From IMG/VR virus record IMGVR_UViG_3300012931_000759, positions 276,393-340,392 of that record: a stretch of 64,000 nucleotides of DNA. One strand, given 5' to 3'. This document shows, piece after piece, positions 1-9,906 of the stretch (its first letter is position 1; each line of letters begins with the position of its first letter). The translations under genes and the position numbers were made by a program. The notes under the pieces are model-generated. The model had not been told where the DNA came from and made no database searches. It saw nothing but the letters and a program-made list of their open reading frames with translations.

Positions 1-12
1 CGCAGAATCTTC

Positions 13-945
13 ATGGATTTTGTGGTAATGTTCGACAAGAAATTTATGGTCGAGGGTCTTGTCTGCGTGTCTTCGATACTTGAGTATGGGCCGGACGCAA
101 AGGTGTTCGTCCTATGCTTAGACCAGGAAGTGGACAAAATTGTCCAGCGGCATCTGTCGTCCGATCGCGTCGTTTGCATCCAACTCCTGGAGCTGGAGTA
201 CAAATACCCGGCCATAGCGGCCACCAAACCGTCAAGGCCGTGGGCTCCTTACACCCAGTCGCTGAAGCCCTTCCTGCCCGAGTACATCTTCAATACCCAC
301 GGAACCAAGGCGTTAACATACGTCGATTCGGACATGCTGTTCTGGGGCGATTGTAGTGAAATCGATCGCGAGATGGGTGACTGCTCCTTCATGGTGACCT
401 CTAGGGGGCAGGACCCCCCTCCGGACTACGGGTATTTCAACGGGGGTTGCTTCTCTTGCCGCGACGACCGGAACTGCCGCTTGTTCCTAACCTGGTGGCA
501 GGATCGGTGTGTGGAATGGTGCCTGTGGCAGACTGGCCCTAACGGAGCGTTTGGCGAGGAGGGGTACTTGAACATCATTGTTACTGAGCCGAATAGGTTT
601 GGTGGCATACACGTGTCGAGGCATCCCGGCATTAATCTTGCTCCTTGGAACGTAAAAATGCATAAGCTTGAGAGTTGGAACGGAGGTTTTGTGGTAGATG
701 GCCATTTCCCGCTAGTATGCTACCATTATCAGGGATTCGGCGGTATCAAATTTCCTTCCGCGATGCCGGTGGATATGATGTTCAAGAAACTCACTGCCCT
801 ATATGCCCCGTACCGCGACAAGCTGTCCGCTACAACCAAGGTGACGGCAGCCGTCCTGCCTCCGGAAAACATGGCACTCGATGGGCGGAAGATTTACCAG
901 GAAGGCGGTGTTTACAGGAAAAGGATGAGGGCCAACCTCCTGTAA
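13..945 (+). CDS. Putative GT-A fold nucleotide-diphospho-sugar transferase (paralog 1 of 3)
   Basis: DxD-type motif YVDSDMLFW; shares FLxWWxxxCxEWCxW, PGINL(A/G)PWN and LVCYHY blocks with 7549..8388 and 8391..9245. Confidence 0.7.
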   Translation: MDFVVMFDKKFMVEGLVCVSSILEYGPDAKVFVLCLDQEVDKIVQRHLSSDRVVCIQLLELEYKYPAIAATKPSRPWAPYTQSLKPFLPEYIFNTHGTKALTYVDSDMLFWGDCSEIDREMGDCSFMVTSRGQDPPPDYGYFNGGCFSCRDDRNCRLFLTWWQDRCVEWCLWQTGPNGAFGEEGYLNIIVTEPNRFGGIHVSRHPGINLAPWNVKMHKLESWNGGFVVDGHFPLVCYHYQGFGGIKFPSAMPVDMMFKKLTALYAPYRDKLSATTKVTAAVLPPENMALDGRKIYQEGGVYRKRMRANLL

Positions 946-990
946 AAATAGGGAAAACACAAAGACTTCCAAATACACAACCGACCGTTT

Positions 991-1025
991 AAAAAGGAGT
1001 AATCTTCCCTTTTTTCTTTGTTTCT
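991..1025 (+). terminator. Possible intrinsic terminator
   Basis: AAAAAGG(991-997)...CCTTTTT(1008-1014) imperfect hairpin followed by a T-rich tract, just after the first CDS. Confidence 0.3.
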
Positions 1026-1038
1026 GCTGTCAAAAATC

Positions 1039-1055
1039 TATCAATAGATTGGCAT
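1039..1055 (+). promoter_or_regulatory. Recurring intergenic motif, copy 1 (TATCAATA-GATTG-GCAT); candidate phage promoter
   Basis: Same spacing as copies at 43720, 45094 and 46469; overlaps the palindrome AATCTAT-CA-ATAGATT. Confidence 0.5.
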
Positions 1056-1065
1056 TAAGGGCAAG

Positions 1066-1251
1066 ATGCGACCTAGGATCAAACCACAGCTTGTAAACAA
1101 ATGTATCCATTGTACTTGCAAGGTTATCTCTTCGCGATGTGATGAATGCCTTAGATACCAGCAGTGCTGTAGTTTTTTTTTTGAGCGTTTGGGAGCGCAA
1201 CGGGACGTTACAAAGGGAACGTGGAGCAGGCAGTTGCCCTGTCCAAATTGA
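1066..1251 (+). CDS. Possible small Cys-rich protein
   Basis: 61 aa ORF with CIHC, CDEC and CC motifs, 10 nt downstream of motif copy 1; may be spurious. Confidence 0.25.
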   Translation: MRPRIKPQLVNKCIHCTCKVISSRCDECLRYQQCCSFFFERLGAQRDVTKGTWSRQLPCPN

Positions 1252-1391
1252 ATGATGTCTCGATTCCAAAGGCGATACAGTGGTGTCGAGAAAACCGTTT
1301 CAGGATCTACATTCCTAGGGAATCCTTGGAGATTTGGTATTTCATGGGTTTTCTTGTCTGTGAAATGCTATTGCTACAAATGGGGCCCACA

Positions 1392-1577
1392 ATGAGCGAA
1401 TTGTCTAAGTATGCGGAACGAAAGCAGATTAACATCCGGTTGGAATTAGAACTCCACGATTTTCTAGTAGAGTACGCCAGGCAGAACTACAAAACCGTCA
1501 CGGCCGTCGTGCGTGAGATGATAGCCGCCCTCTACCGACAGCACCAGGCGGCACAGAAGACTGCGGACGATGAATAG
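1392..1577 (+). CDS. Ribbon-helix-helix (Arc/CopG-like) DNA-binding protein
   Basis: KQINIRLELELHDFLVEYARQNYKTVTAVVREMI fits the RHH strand-helix-helix pattern; start placed at ATG 1392. Confidence 0.65.
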   Translation: MSELSKYAERKQINIRLELELHDFLVEYARQNYKTVTAVVREMIAALYRQHQAAQKTADDE

Positions 1578-1613
1578 GCGCATGGACGCGATGGCTATGC
1601 TGATGGGATTTCA

Positions 1614-1640
1614 TTGACGGTGCTTGCCGCCATGTACAAT
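1614..1640 (+). promoter_or_regulatory. Weak sigma70-like promoter candidate
   Basis: TTGACG(1614-1619)...TACAAT(1635-1640), but the spacer is only 15 nt. Confidence 0.25.
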
Positions 1641-1642
1641 TG

Positions 1643-1793
1643 CGATGCGGTTGCGGAGCAACCGTGGATCGAAATTTAAATGACGCGCGGAGAATTTATC
1701 TCCGTGCCTTGATGGCTATATCTGTTCCTGCGGATAGCAGGAATACAACCGTCTATCAGCTTTGCTCAACTATGGATAAATCCAGATAGGCGG
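1643..1793 (+). ncRNA. Candidate structured RNA or leader with four consecutive stems
   Basis: CGGTTGC-GGA-GCAACCG; GCGCGGAGA-ATTTA-TCTCCGTGC; TTCCTGC-GGATA-GCAGGAA; CCGTCTATC...GATAGGCGG enclosing TGGAT-AA-ATCCA; mismatches read as G-U pairs on the + strand. Confidence 0.4.
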
Positions 1794-1811
1794 AAAGGTA
1801 GCAGAAAGCAA

Positions 1812-4082
1812 ATGAAAGTAAGATGGCACACAATGGCCGGCACCAACCATTCGTGGGCGTTTGTAGCCCAGGCCTTGGCACGGGCGATGAAACAGAGTGG
1901 TCATTCTGTGTTCATCAAATCGACAAACGGTCTAGAGCATTTTCCCGAAGACCTGAAGCCTCTTCTTCTGCCGGGCTATCACAGCCACCCCTCGTTACCA
2001 GAGGTTGCCTTCCTTGGCGAAAAGGGCATCACCAACTCCTTGTCTGATATTCCCAGTTGTGACATAAGAGAGTCTCCAGACCAGAACAGGCCATACGACC
2101 TGGAACTCGCCTACACCATCCTCTACCAGATACCGCGTCGGTTCTATGCCGAATCGGCATGTAGAATGGTTATTTGGAACTTCGAGAGTTCAATCATGCC
2201 CCCTGGATGGCAGATGTATCATCGCGGCGTGGATTACATCCTACCATCCAGCCAGTACTCCTCAGATATTTTCCTCCAGAATGGTGTACCGGCCTCGAAA
2301 CTTGTAGTTGTGCCGCATGGCGTGTACCGTGAGATGTTCCACCCCGGCATTCCGCCGTTCAAACTTCACACACAGAAGCGGATCAAGTTCCTACACAACG
2401 CAATCCCACACCACCGCAAGCTCCATGAACGCGTCATCGGGGCGTATCTTGACGCATTCACCGGGGACGACGACGTGTGCCTGGTGCTGAAGACCAAGTT
2501 CCTCCAGCCTTCCAAGGACAAGCCCTTCGAGGTCGACGTGCGCGAAATCCTGGAACGGAAACTGAAAGGCTGCCCGAATCCGCCCGAGATCGAGGTGATC
2601 ACATCCTTCGTCCCCGATATCGGATCGCTCTACACTGCCTGCGATGCGGTCGTCAGTATGAGCTCGTGTGAGGGCTATTGTCTTCCTTTGCTTGAGGCCT
2701 TGGCTTGCGGAAGTGTAGTTATCGCGCCCCGGCATGGCGGCCAACTTGATTTCCTGGATGACAGGAATGCGCTACTCGTGGACACTGGCGAGATGAAGGC
2801 TCCCTTGAGTATGCAGTACTGGACGCATGCCCCGGAGGCCGTCGTGGGCGACCCTAGCGAGAGGCATTGCGCCGAACTCATGCGGCGCGTATACGCCGAT
2901 CCGGCGGGGGAAAAGGCGCGCGTCGCCGAGGCAGCTCGCGTGACAACCGAGCGGTTCACGTGGGAGGCGGCAGCCAAACAGATCGTCGACCTGGCCGAGA
3001 CTCGCATGACCGAAAAGGCAATTTCTCCGTCGCCCCGCAAGAGAAGCGTCCTGTACGTGGTGCCCTACGACATGGCCGGTGGCGGCGAAATGTGGGTACG
3101 CGAGACCATCAAACGCCTCGACAAGAGCCGGTACGAGCCGAGCGTTGTGTTTCCGCTGGGAGCGAGGCCCGAGCTGGTCGCCCTGTTCAGCGACCTCGGG
3201 GTGCCATGCGACGACCTGAGGAACCAAGGGACAGGCAATGCGCTGAAGTGTATGATCGAGTCCGGCAAACCTGACATCGTCCATTTCTACAACAGCCTAC
3301 AGGTCTACAGCCTCCTTATGCGCACGATCCAGGAGGGTGCGTGGGGAGGCAAGCTGGTCGAGACCGTACACAGCGAACTGATGTGGCCGGACTCGATGAT
3401 GAAGGTCGCCGCACGACGCGGCGTCTCCATGATCGTCGGCGTCTCCGAGACCATCTGCGCGCGACTTGCGCGCCTCGGCAATCCGAATGTCAGGCACCTT
3501 CCGCAGCAGGTCGCATGGGACCGCTTCTCCGTCCCGAGGGGCAAGGAGGTTCTCGGAGAGATGGGGTTACCCACCGACAGGTTTACTGTGGGTACGGTGG
3601 CGCGCCTCTCGCCCGAGAAGAACATCCCGATGGTCCTGGCCTGCGCCAGGGCGATGCCCGACGCGCTGTTCGTGGTCGTGGGTGAGGGCCCGCAGGCCAC
3701 AGTCCTGAATGGAATGGCTTCCGGCCTCGCAAACGTGGTGTTCGCCGGACGGCGATCCGACGTCGAACGGTTCTATGCCGCCTTCGACGTCCTGCTTCTA
3801 CCATCCACCATGGAGGGTCTGCCGCTCACGATACTCGAGGCGATGGCGGCCGGGACACCGGTCGTTGCCTCCAAGGTCGGTGCCATTCCCGAGGTGGTGT
3901 CCGACGGAACGAACGGTTTCCTGGCCTCCAAGGCGCAGGAGTACGTGGCGGCCTTGGAGAAGCTGCGCGACCCGGCATCCAGGGATAGCATGGGCAAAAA
4001 TGCCATGGCGCTGGCTGACATCCTGAGAATGCGCGGCAACACCCAGAACATTAATACATTGTACGACTCGCTATTCAGGTAA
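1812..4082 (+). CDS. Tandem two-domain GT4-like (GT-B) glycosyltransferase
   Basis: Two E-x7-E motifs (EGYCLPLLEALACG; EGLPLTILEAMAAGTPVV), plus ARLSPEKN and GGGEMW. Confidence 0.9.
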   Translation: MKVRWHTMAGTNHSWAFVAQALARAMKQSGHSVFIKSTNGLEHFPEDLKPLLLPGYHSHPSLPEVAFLGEKGITNSLSDIPSCDIRESPDQNRPYDLELAYTILYQIPRRFYAESACRMVIWNFESSIMPPGWQMYHRGVDYILPSSQYSSDIFLQNGVPASKLVVVPHGVYREMFHPGIPPFKLHTQKRIKFLHNAIPHHRKLHERVIGAYLDAFTGDDDVCLVLKTKFLQPSKDKPFEVDVREILERKLKGCPNPPEIEVITSFVPDIGSLYTACDAVVSMSSCEGYCLPLLEALACGSVVIAPRHGGQLDFLDDRNALLVDTGEMKAPLSMQYWTHAPEAVVGDPSERHCAELMRRVYADPAGEKARVAEAARVTTERFTWEAAAKQIVDLAETRMTEKAISPSPRKRSVLYVVPYDMAGGGEMWVRETIKRLDKSRYEPSVVFPLGARPELVALFSDLGVPCDDLRNQGTGNALKCMIESGKPDIVHFYNSLQVYSLLMRTIQEGAWGGKLVETVHSELMWPDSMMKVAARRGVSMIVGVSETICARLARLGNPNVRHLPQQVAWDRFSVPRGKEVLGEMGLPTDRFTVGTVARLSPEKNIPMVLACARAMPDALFVVVGEGPQATVLNGMASGLANVVFAGRRSDVERFYAAFDVLLLPSTMEGLPLTILEAMAAGTPVVASKVGAIPEVVSDGTNGFLASKAQEYVAALEKLRDPASRDSMGKNAMALADILRMRGNTQNINTLYDSLFR

Positions 4083-4096
4083 GGTGGCGCAGGGAC

Positions 4097-7000
4097 ATGG
4101 ATGAGATTAACCCTAAGTTGTGGGACGGCGACTTCGGGGAATTGCGCGAAGGTGAGGGCGAGGGCCGTCAAGGTTGCCGCTTGGAGGGGTCGAGCGCTTC
4201 CGCGAACGTGCCACTTATCGGCATTGAGCCCTGGTCGGTGTACCGCTTCCAAGTAACCTTAAGGAACGCGGGTGGAAGCGGTCGGCTGTGCTTTAATCTG
4301 CGCGTCAATGGCCAGGATTTTCCGCCCGCCATGCTCGACTGTCCAGCCGACCCGCTTTGGCGCGTGTTCGAGGTCGATGTGGCGACAGCCCGGTGCGTCA
4401 AGGGTACACCGGGCATCTTTAGGATCCATCGTCTTCCCGTGGATTCGGGAACGATGCTCGTAGGGCGTATCGCCGCAGAAAAGTTGCCGCATGGCGTCGG
4501 GCCCACACCTGAACCTAGGTTAGTGGCCACGGAAGGCAACATCGGCATCTGTGCGCCCGTCGCAAAATACGCTGTGTTGATGGAGGAAGGTATGGATGAG
4601 TTCGACCAGCAATTTTGGCGCGGTAAGAACCTTGTCGCCAAGAAGGACGATCGGGGCGCAAAATGTCTCTCCATGGAAGGCGACAGATCCATCATATTCG
4701 TGCCCGTCAAGGTAGAGCCGAACTCGGTGTACAGGTGCCAACTCGACCTAAGGCGCGAGACCGGGAATGGCAAAATCTACTGTAACCTCTACGCCAACCG
4801 AAGTTTTGATTTCCCACACATCTCCCTCGCGTGCGAGCTGGGCAGCTGGGGAACCTACGACATCCAGGTCAGGACCGGGACTTTTCCGCCCAACCTCCCC
4901 ATTGTGCTGAGGTTGTGGCGGTCGCCTGCGGGAACCGGATCCCTGCTCGTGAAGCGCATAGCGCTCGAGAAGCTGCCGCCGGACGCGCCTGCCGAGGAGC
5001 CGAAACTGGTGGTGTCCTCGTCTGTCGAACGGCTTATGGTGGTCCTTCCGCCGACGGTGGAAAAGACGATCCCTGCGCCCAAGGGGATACGCGTGCCGCG
5101 CGCAAACAAGCCGCCCCCGATCGAAGTACTTCCACACCGCAAAAGAGTGCCCGACCTGCCCAACAGGCTGTCCTACTCGCGTTTTGAGCGGGAACCCACA
5201 AAAGTCCTCGTTGTGTCAGAGATGGGGGACGAGACGGCTATGCGGGAGGCCTTCGAGGCCATAGGTATCTCATGCGAGGGCGCAGCCATGGCCGGAAATG
5301 TATCGCGGTTCCCCGACATGGCGCAGAGCGCCGCCGCGAACTGGATCCACTTTCACATCCGCAGAGGAACACTCTTAACTCCGGAGATTGTCGATGGGAT
5401 CAGAAACGCCAGGCCGGGCATCGCAGTCACTATGTGGGCGCAACCCGGATGGCCGCTTTTCGACGCGGCATTGCTCCGGGTTCTCCGCGCCGCCGATCTT
5501 GCGCTGGTTGGTGGTGACATCGAGCTAGCCACCTGGCGCGCTGCTGGATGCTTTAACGTCGAACTGTGGGATCCGGGTGCTACAAACTTGTCCCCTTCCG
5601 GCGAGGATTCTGGATACGATGTGGTAGCGGTGTCAGACGATCCGTCCGATCCACATTCAGATCTTGCTGCGGCGCTGGCCGGGAAGTTTGGCGCGCGTGC
5701 CGTCTTCGCGCCTAGGGAGGATGTTGGCAGGCGTGTTGCCCTGGGCGGAGTCGGTGTAGCAGTGTTCGCAGACCAATGGCCATCACGCAGCCTGTTCGGC
5801 CTCATGGCCACCGGAATCCCAGTGGTTGCTAGGCGGTCCCTTGGCACCATGGAGTGGTGTCGGAACGGAATCGACCTTCGCCTTTTCGACACCCCTGAGG
5901 AATGCGTAGCTATCGTTTCCCAGCTGCTAGACTGTCCCGAGGTCGCGCAGACTATTGGCGCGGAAGGGGCAGCCCTGGCTGCCACCCATTCGCGGATCGC
6001 ACGCGCCAAGGAGCTAGCCACACGGCTCGGGTGCTTTGAGACAACCATGACCTGCTTTCCCAAGGACCGGACATCCTACACGTTCGGACATGTGCTCTGT
6101 GCCATGAAAGCGGCACCCCCGGAGCTGATGGGCCGCAGTGGCAACGGGGAGGTGGATGTTTCAACCGCTTCGTTCGCCGAATGCCGCGATCTTGAAGCCA
6201 AGATCATCAGATCCAACCCGGATCTATTACATATCCATCTGGAGGACGAGGACGACGGTCTGCCTTGGCGCGACCTGCTGATAGATCTCCGCAGGCGCAT
6301 GCCGCATATGCTGGTTACAGTGTGGCATCATGGTGGCCAGGGGGTCGACAGGAGGATGATGGATCTGCGTTTCCTGGTTGACCACATGTTTGTCGGGGAT
6401 ACAGAATCGCTGGCACGCTACCGCGCGGAGTCTATCGTAGGCGTCGCGGAATGGAGTGCCGGGGTAGCCCCTTCGGAAAATCCTATAGCTTTCCGCGAGG
6501 CCTTGTACACCCTTGCCAAGAGTATGGGGACGAGAAGGGACACTTTCCTCAGGGGCGCAGACGGACAAATGGTTGACCTAACAGTGTTTATCGGCACCTG
6601 TAACCGGTACGACCAGCTACGGAGAGCGGTCGAGACAGCGCTTGCCTCGGCAGGCAATCGAACAATAGAAATCATCGTGAACGATGCCGGATCCACCGAT
6701 GGAACACAGGATTGGATGCGCAAGATGGCAGTCACCGACAAACGGATTGTTCCAATCTTCTCCGGTAAACGCACAAGTTTCACACAGGCCTTCAACGAGG
6801 CTCTACAGATTACAAAAGGTAAGTACATCTGCTGGCTCAGCGACGATATAGTATCAGAGGGTCAGTCCCTATCCGACATGTGCTCAATTATGGACGAGAT
6901 CGAACCCATGGACATGGGCGGGTTCTGCGTACGCAACTCCTGGGGCTACGAGTACACAGTCAGGAAGGACACCGGATTCTATTTCCCGCCAGTTGGGTGT

Positions 7001-7546
7001 GTATACACGGAAACCATGCGCAAACTCAACGGTTTCAACATGGACTATCCGTACTACTCCCAGGACACCGACCTCGCCATGAGGATGTTAAGGCTTGGCG
7101 GGAGGATCGTGGCTTGCGTAGGCTGCCGCCTCCTACACAACTGCCAGAACGACGAGCTGCGTCGGAGCAATTCGGCAAACCACACAAACGCGATGACGGA
7201 TGTCAAGTATAACCTCGCGGCCTGGCGGCCTGGGGAATACGCCAAACTTCCCTATCCCAGCGTGCTTTTGGTTCCGACCGGCGGCTGCGGGCCAGAGGAT
7301 ATCCTCCGGATGGCAAGGGCTATCAGGGCCCAGTATTCACATTCGCACATGTCCGTAGGCGGCGAAGCCTCGGAACGTCTGGATACGCGCGGATCGAACT
7401 CCTTCCTGCGTAAAATCCCGACAGCCAATTGTCGGACGCCCTTCCTGTTCGACCTTGTGGTCGAGGTTGTGCCGGGCGGCGGCAATCTTGTGCGCCCATC
7501 CGACAGGTTAGATATACCTTTTGTGCGCAAACTCTTACAGGGATAA
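4097..7546 (+). CDS. Multidomain glycosyltransferase: two beta-sandwich (CBM-like) repeats, CgeB-like GT-B region, C-terminal GT2
   Basis: Duplicated ~165 aa N-terminal units; SRSLFGLMATG...AATHSRIARAKE; GT2 motifs IIVNDAGSTDGT, WLSDDI and SQDTDL. Confidence 0.8.
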   Translation: MDEINPKLWDGDFGELREGEGEGRQGCRLEGSSASANVPLIGIEPWSVYRFQVTLRNAGGSGRLCFNLRVNGQDFPPAMLDCPADPLWRVFEVDVATARCVKGTPGIFRIHRLPVDSGTMLVGRIAAEKLPHGVGPTPEPRLVATEGNIGICAPVAKYAVLMEEGMDEFDQQFWRGKNLVAKKDDRGAKCLSMEGDRSIIFVPVKVEPNSVYRCQLDLRRETGNGKIYCNLYANRSFDFPHISLACELGSWGTYDIQVRTGTFPPNLPIVLRLWRSPAGTGSLLVKRIALEKLPPDAPAEEPKLVVSSSVERLMVVLPPTVEKTIPAPKGIRVPRANKPPPIEVLPHRKRVPDLPNRLSYSRFEREPTKVLVVSEMGDETAMREAFEAIGISCEGAAMAGNVSRFPDMAQSAAANWIHFHIRRGTLLTPEIVDGIRNARPGIAVTMWAQPGWPLFDAALLRVLRAADLALVGGDIELATWRAAGCFNVELWDPGATNLSPSGEDSGYDVVAVSDDPSDPHSDLAAALAGKFGARAVFAPREDVGRRVALGGVGVAVFADQWPSRSLFGLMATGIPVVARRSLGTMEWCRNGIDLRLFDTPEECVAIVSQLLDCPEVAQTIGAEGAALAATHSRIARAKELATRLGCFETTMTCFPKDRTSYTFGHVLCAMKAAPPELMGRSGNGEVDVSTASFAECRDLEAKIIRSNPDLLHIHLEDEDDGLPWRDLLIDLRRRMPHMLVTVWHHGGQGVDRRMMDLRFLVDHMFVGDTESLARYRAESIVGVAEWSAGVAPSENPIAFREALYTLAKSMGTRRDTFLRGADGQMVDLTVFIGTCNRYDQLRRAVETALASAGNRTIEIIVNDAGSTDGTQDWMRKMAVTDKRIVPIFSGKRTSFTQAFNEALQITKGKYICWLSDDIVSEGQSLSDMCSIMDEIEPMDMGGFCVRNSWGYEYTVRKDTGFYFPPVGCVYTETMRKLNGFNMDYPYYSQDTDLAMRMLRLGGRIVACVGCRLLHNCQNDELRRSNSANHTNAMTDVKYNLAAWRPGEYAKLPYPSVLLVPTGGCGPEDILRMARAIRAQYSHSHMSVGGEASERLDTRGSNSFLRKIPTANCRTPFLFDLVVEVVPGGGNLVRPSDRLDIPFVRKLLQG

Positions 7547-7548
7547 AT

Positions 7549-8388
7549 ATGGACTTCTGTACATACTTCGACTCCGCGTATCTGATCAAGGCCAAGGTGT
7601 GCCGACATACGCTGATATCTAGGACTCCAGTCAGACTTTTCGTGCTATGCCTCGACGACAAGGTGGCAGAGGTCGTGTCACATTGGCCGGAGACCGTGGC
7701 CATATCACTGTCTGATATCGAAACCTACCGCCCTGCCCTCTTAGGGGTAAAGAGCCGGAGGCAGTCCAAGGAATATTACGCAACGATTACGCCAATCCTG
7801 CCACAGTTCATCTTCGACCAGTTTGGCGTCCGAACACTGTTCTACACGGATGCAGACATGGCCTTCTGGTCACCAGCCGAGGAGATCGCCGAGGTCATGG
7901 GCGACAGGTCCCTGCTAGTGACGCCGCACGAAAACCCGATTGCTGTGGCTGGAGGGGCCGGCTTTTTTAATGTGGGCATCCTTGGATACCGAAACGACCA
8001 CAACTGTCGGGTATTCTTGGAATGGTGGGAAGCTAAGTGCCTGGAGTGGTGCGAGTGGCGCGCCCTGCCTGACGGAAGATGTGCTGATCAGGGATATTTA
8101 TCGATTCTCCATGCTCAACCGGACTGCTTCGCGGGTGTGGTAACCAATCCTTCTCCCGGAATCAACCTTGGTCCATGGAATCTAGCCCTCCACGGCACGG
8201 AAAAGAGGGATAGCATGATCATACTGGATTGTCGACATAACCTAGTATGTTACCATTACCATGGATATAAGAATATGGGGGGCACATGTGTAAATGACAC
8301 GGGGTGGGAAGTGTCCTCCTGGAATATGAATCACATCTACCTCCCATACCATGACCTAATCTTAAGGGCACAGGCGGGGACATTATAG
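7549..8388 (+). CDS. Putative nucleotide-diphospho-sugar transferase (paralog 2)
   Basis: MDFCTYFDSAY start at 7549; FYTDADMAFW; ADQGYL. Confidence 0.75.
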   Translation: MDFCTYFDSAYLIKAKVCRHTLISRTPVRLFVLCLDDKVAEVVSHWPETVAISLSDIETYRPALLGVKSRRQSKEYYATITPILPQFIFDQFGVRTLFYTDADMAFWSPAEEIAEVMGDRSLLVTPHENPIAVAGGAGFFNVGILGYRNDHNCRVFLEWWEAKCLEWCEWRALPDGRCADQGYLSILHAQPDCFAGVVTNPSPGINLGPWNLALHGTEKRDSMIILDCRHNLVCYHYHGYKNMGGTCVNDTGWEVSSWNMNHIYLPYHDLILRAQAGTL

Positions 8389-8390
8389 AC

Positions 8391-9245
8391 ATGGACTTCT
8401 GTACATATTTCGACAGCGCATATGCGACAAAGGGATGGGTCTGCCACAGGACACTGATCGACCGCAGCCCAGGATCCCGATTGTTTGTGCTCGCCTTGGA
8501 CGATAAGACTCTGGCGCAGGCCGAGGATCTTGTGGGCAGGAGGATTGTGCCGGTCAGGCTGGCGGACATCGAATCATACTGCCCAGCGCTATTGGCTATA
8601 AAGGAAACTAGGCAGCTCAAGGAGTACTACGCGACGATCTCTCCGGTGCTGCCCTTGTTCCTGTTCGACCGGTTCGGGATGGAGACCGTATTCTACACCG
8701 ATGCGGACATGGCCTTCTGGTCGGAACCGGAGGAGATCGCGGACGTGATGGGCGATAGTTCACTGATGGTCACCGACCACGGGTTCGAGCCGCCTAGGAC
8801 AGGAGTGCGCTTTAATGTGGGAATCCTCGGCTACAGGAACGACGCGTACTGCCGAGAGTTCCTGGAATGGTGGCGCGACCGCTGCCTGGAGTGGTGCGAG
8901 TGGCGAACCCTTCCGGATGGGAGGTGTGCAGATCAAGGATATCTAAACATCCTCCACGACCAGCCCGGAAGGTTCAAGGGCGTGCTGTCGTGCCCACAGC
9001 CAGGCATCAACCTTGGGCCATGGGGGATAGGCAGGCATACGATTGCGGCCGAGAGCGGGCACCTGAGAATCGACGGCAGGCACAATCTGGTCTGCTACCA
9101 CTACCACGAGTTCAGGATGACTGGACCAGACTCGTATTACCCGACTGGCTGGAAACACACGGCAAGCGACAGACGACTTGTGTATGAACCGTATTTCGCG
9201 CTGACTCGCCAAGCTATGTTCGGCACCATATGGAGCAGCAAATGA
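8391..9245 (+). CDS. Putative nucleotide-diphospho-sugar transferase (paralog 3, tandem duplicate)
   Basis: Motifs nearly identical to the previous gene (MDFCTYFDSAY, KEYYATI, FYTDADMAFWS, FNVGILGYRND, LPDGRCADQGYL). Confidence 0.75.
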   Translation: MDFCTYFDSAYATKGWVCHRTLIDRSPGSRLFVLALDDKTLAQAEDLVGRRIVPVRLADIESYCPALLAIKETRQLKEYYATISPVLPLFLFDRFGMETVFYTDADMAFWSEPEEIADVMGDSSLMVTDHGFEPPRTGVRFNVGILGYRNDAYCREFLEWWRDRCLEWCEWRTLPDGRCADQGYLNILHDQPGRFKGVLSCPQPGINLGPWGIGRHTIAAESGHLRIDGRHNLVCYHYHEFRMTGPDSYYPTGWKHTASDRRLVYEPYFALTRQAMFGTIWSSK

Positions 9246-9901
9246 GTAAAGAGAAAGATTATCTCTGGTGGACTCTGCCTGAAGTTGCCGTCGAGCACGA
9301 TAACATGAACCGGGCCTATTTCGAGAAGGGGGAAGCGGGCAAGTATCCGTATTTCGATATCCTACAGCAGGCAATGCGACTTGTTGACCAGCAGGATGCG
9401 AGAACGCATCCGCTGGCGTGCCTGGATGTCGGATGCGGCGCCGGGTGGCAGGCCGTATACCTGGCCAGCCTTGGCCTGGATGGTAGGTTTTTCTATGAGG
9501 GGATGGACATCTCGCAGCACATGTGCGAACGGGCGAAGCGGAACTATCCAGCTGGGACCTTCCACACGGCCGACATCATGGAGTTCGAGCCAAAACGCCA
9601 ATGGGATGTTGTGATGGCCTGCGGCTCCATCGAGCACTTCTCGGACTGGAGGGCGTTCCTCGGACGCCTGGCCGGACTGTCGTCCGAATGGATCATCGTC
9701 CACAAGGTGTTTTTCCAGGACGGGGCCGACAAACCCACGGAGAGGATCACCTGCCCGACATATGCCGGCAGGACGCAGACCAGGATGGTGATAGACTACA
9801 GCGAGTTTGCGTGCGCCCTTGATGCGCTTGGCTACGCGGTTGCGCACCGGTTCGACTGGGACATGAGGGCCGTGAGCTGCGTGGTAGCGAGGAGGAAGTA
9901 A
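9242..9901 (+). CDS. Class I SAM-dependent methyltransferase
   Basis: LDVGCGAG motif I, GMDIS, WDVV; ATGA overlap with the upstream gene. Confidence 0.85.
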   Translation: MSKEKDYLWWTLPEVAVEHDNMNRAYFEKGEAGKYPYFDILQQAMRLVDQQDARTHPLACLDVGCGAGWQAVYLASLGLDGRFFYEGMDISQHMCERAKRNYPAGTFHTADIMEFEPKRQWDVVMACGSIEHFSDWRAFLGRLAGLSSEWIIVHKVFFQDGADKPTERITCPTYAGRTQTRMVIDYSEFACALDALGYAVAHRFDWDMRAVSCVVARRK

Positions 9902-9906
9902 CCATC

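Noticed and set aside
1173-1182. T10 tract as a slippage site fusing 1066..1251 to the RHH frame
   Set aside because: The RHH frame has a TGA at 1182-1184, so a shift there gives no fusion.
7429-7548. N-terminal extensions in the ORF track (7429, 12366, 12941, 13621, 15050, 16881, 18718, 30516, 57734, 59480, 62092)
   Set aside because: They overlap upstream genes or spacers; internal ATGs with stop-start coupling or RBS match the family N-termini.
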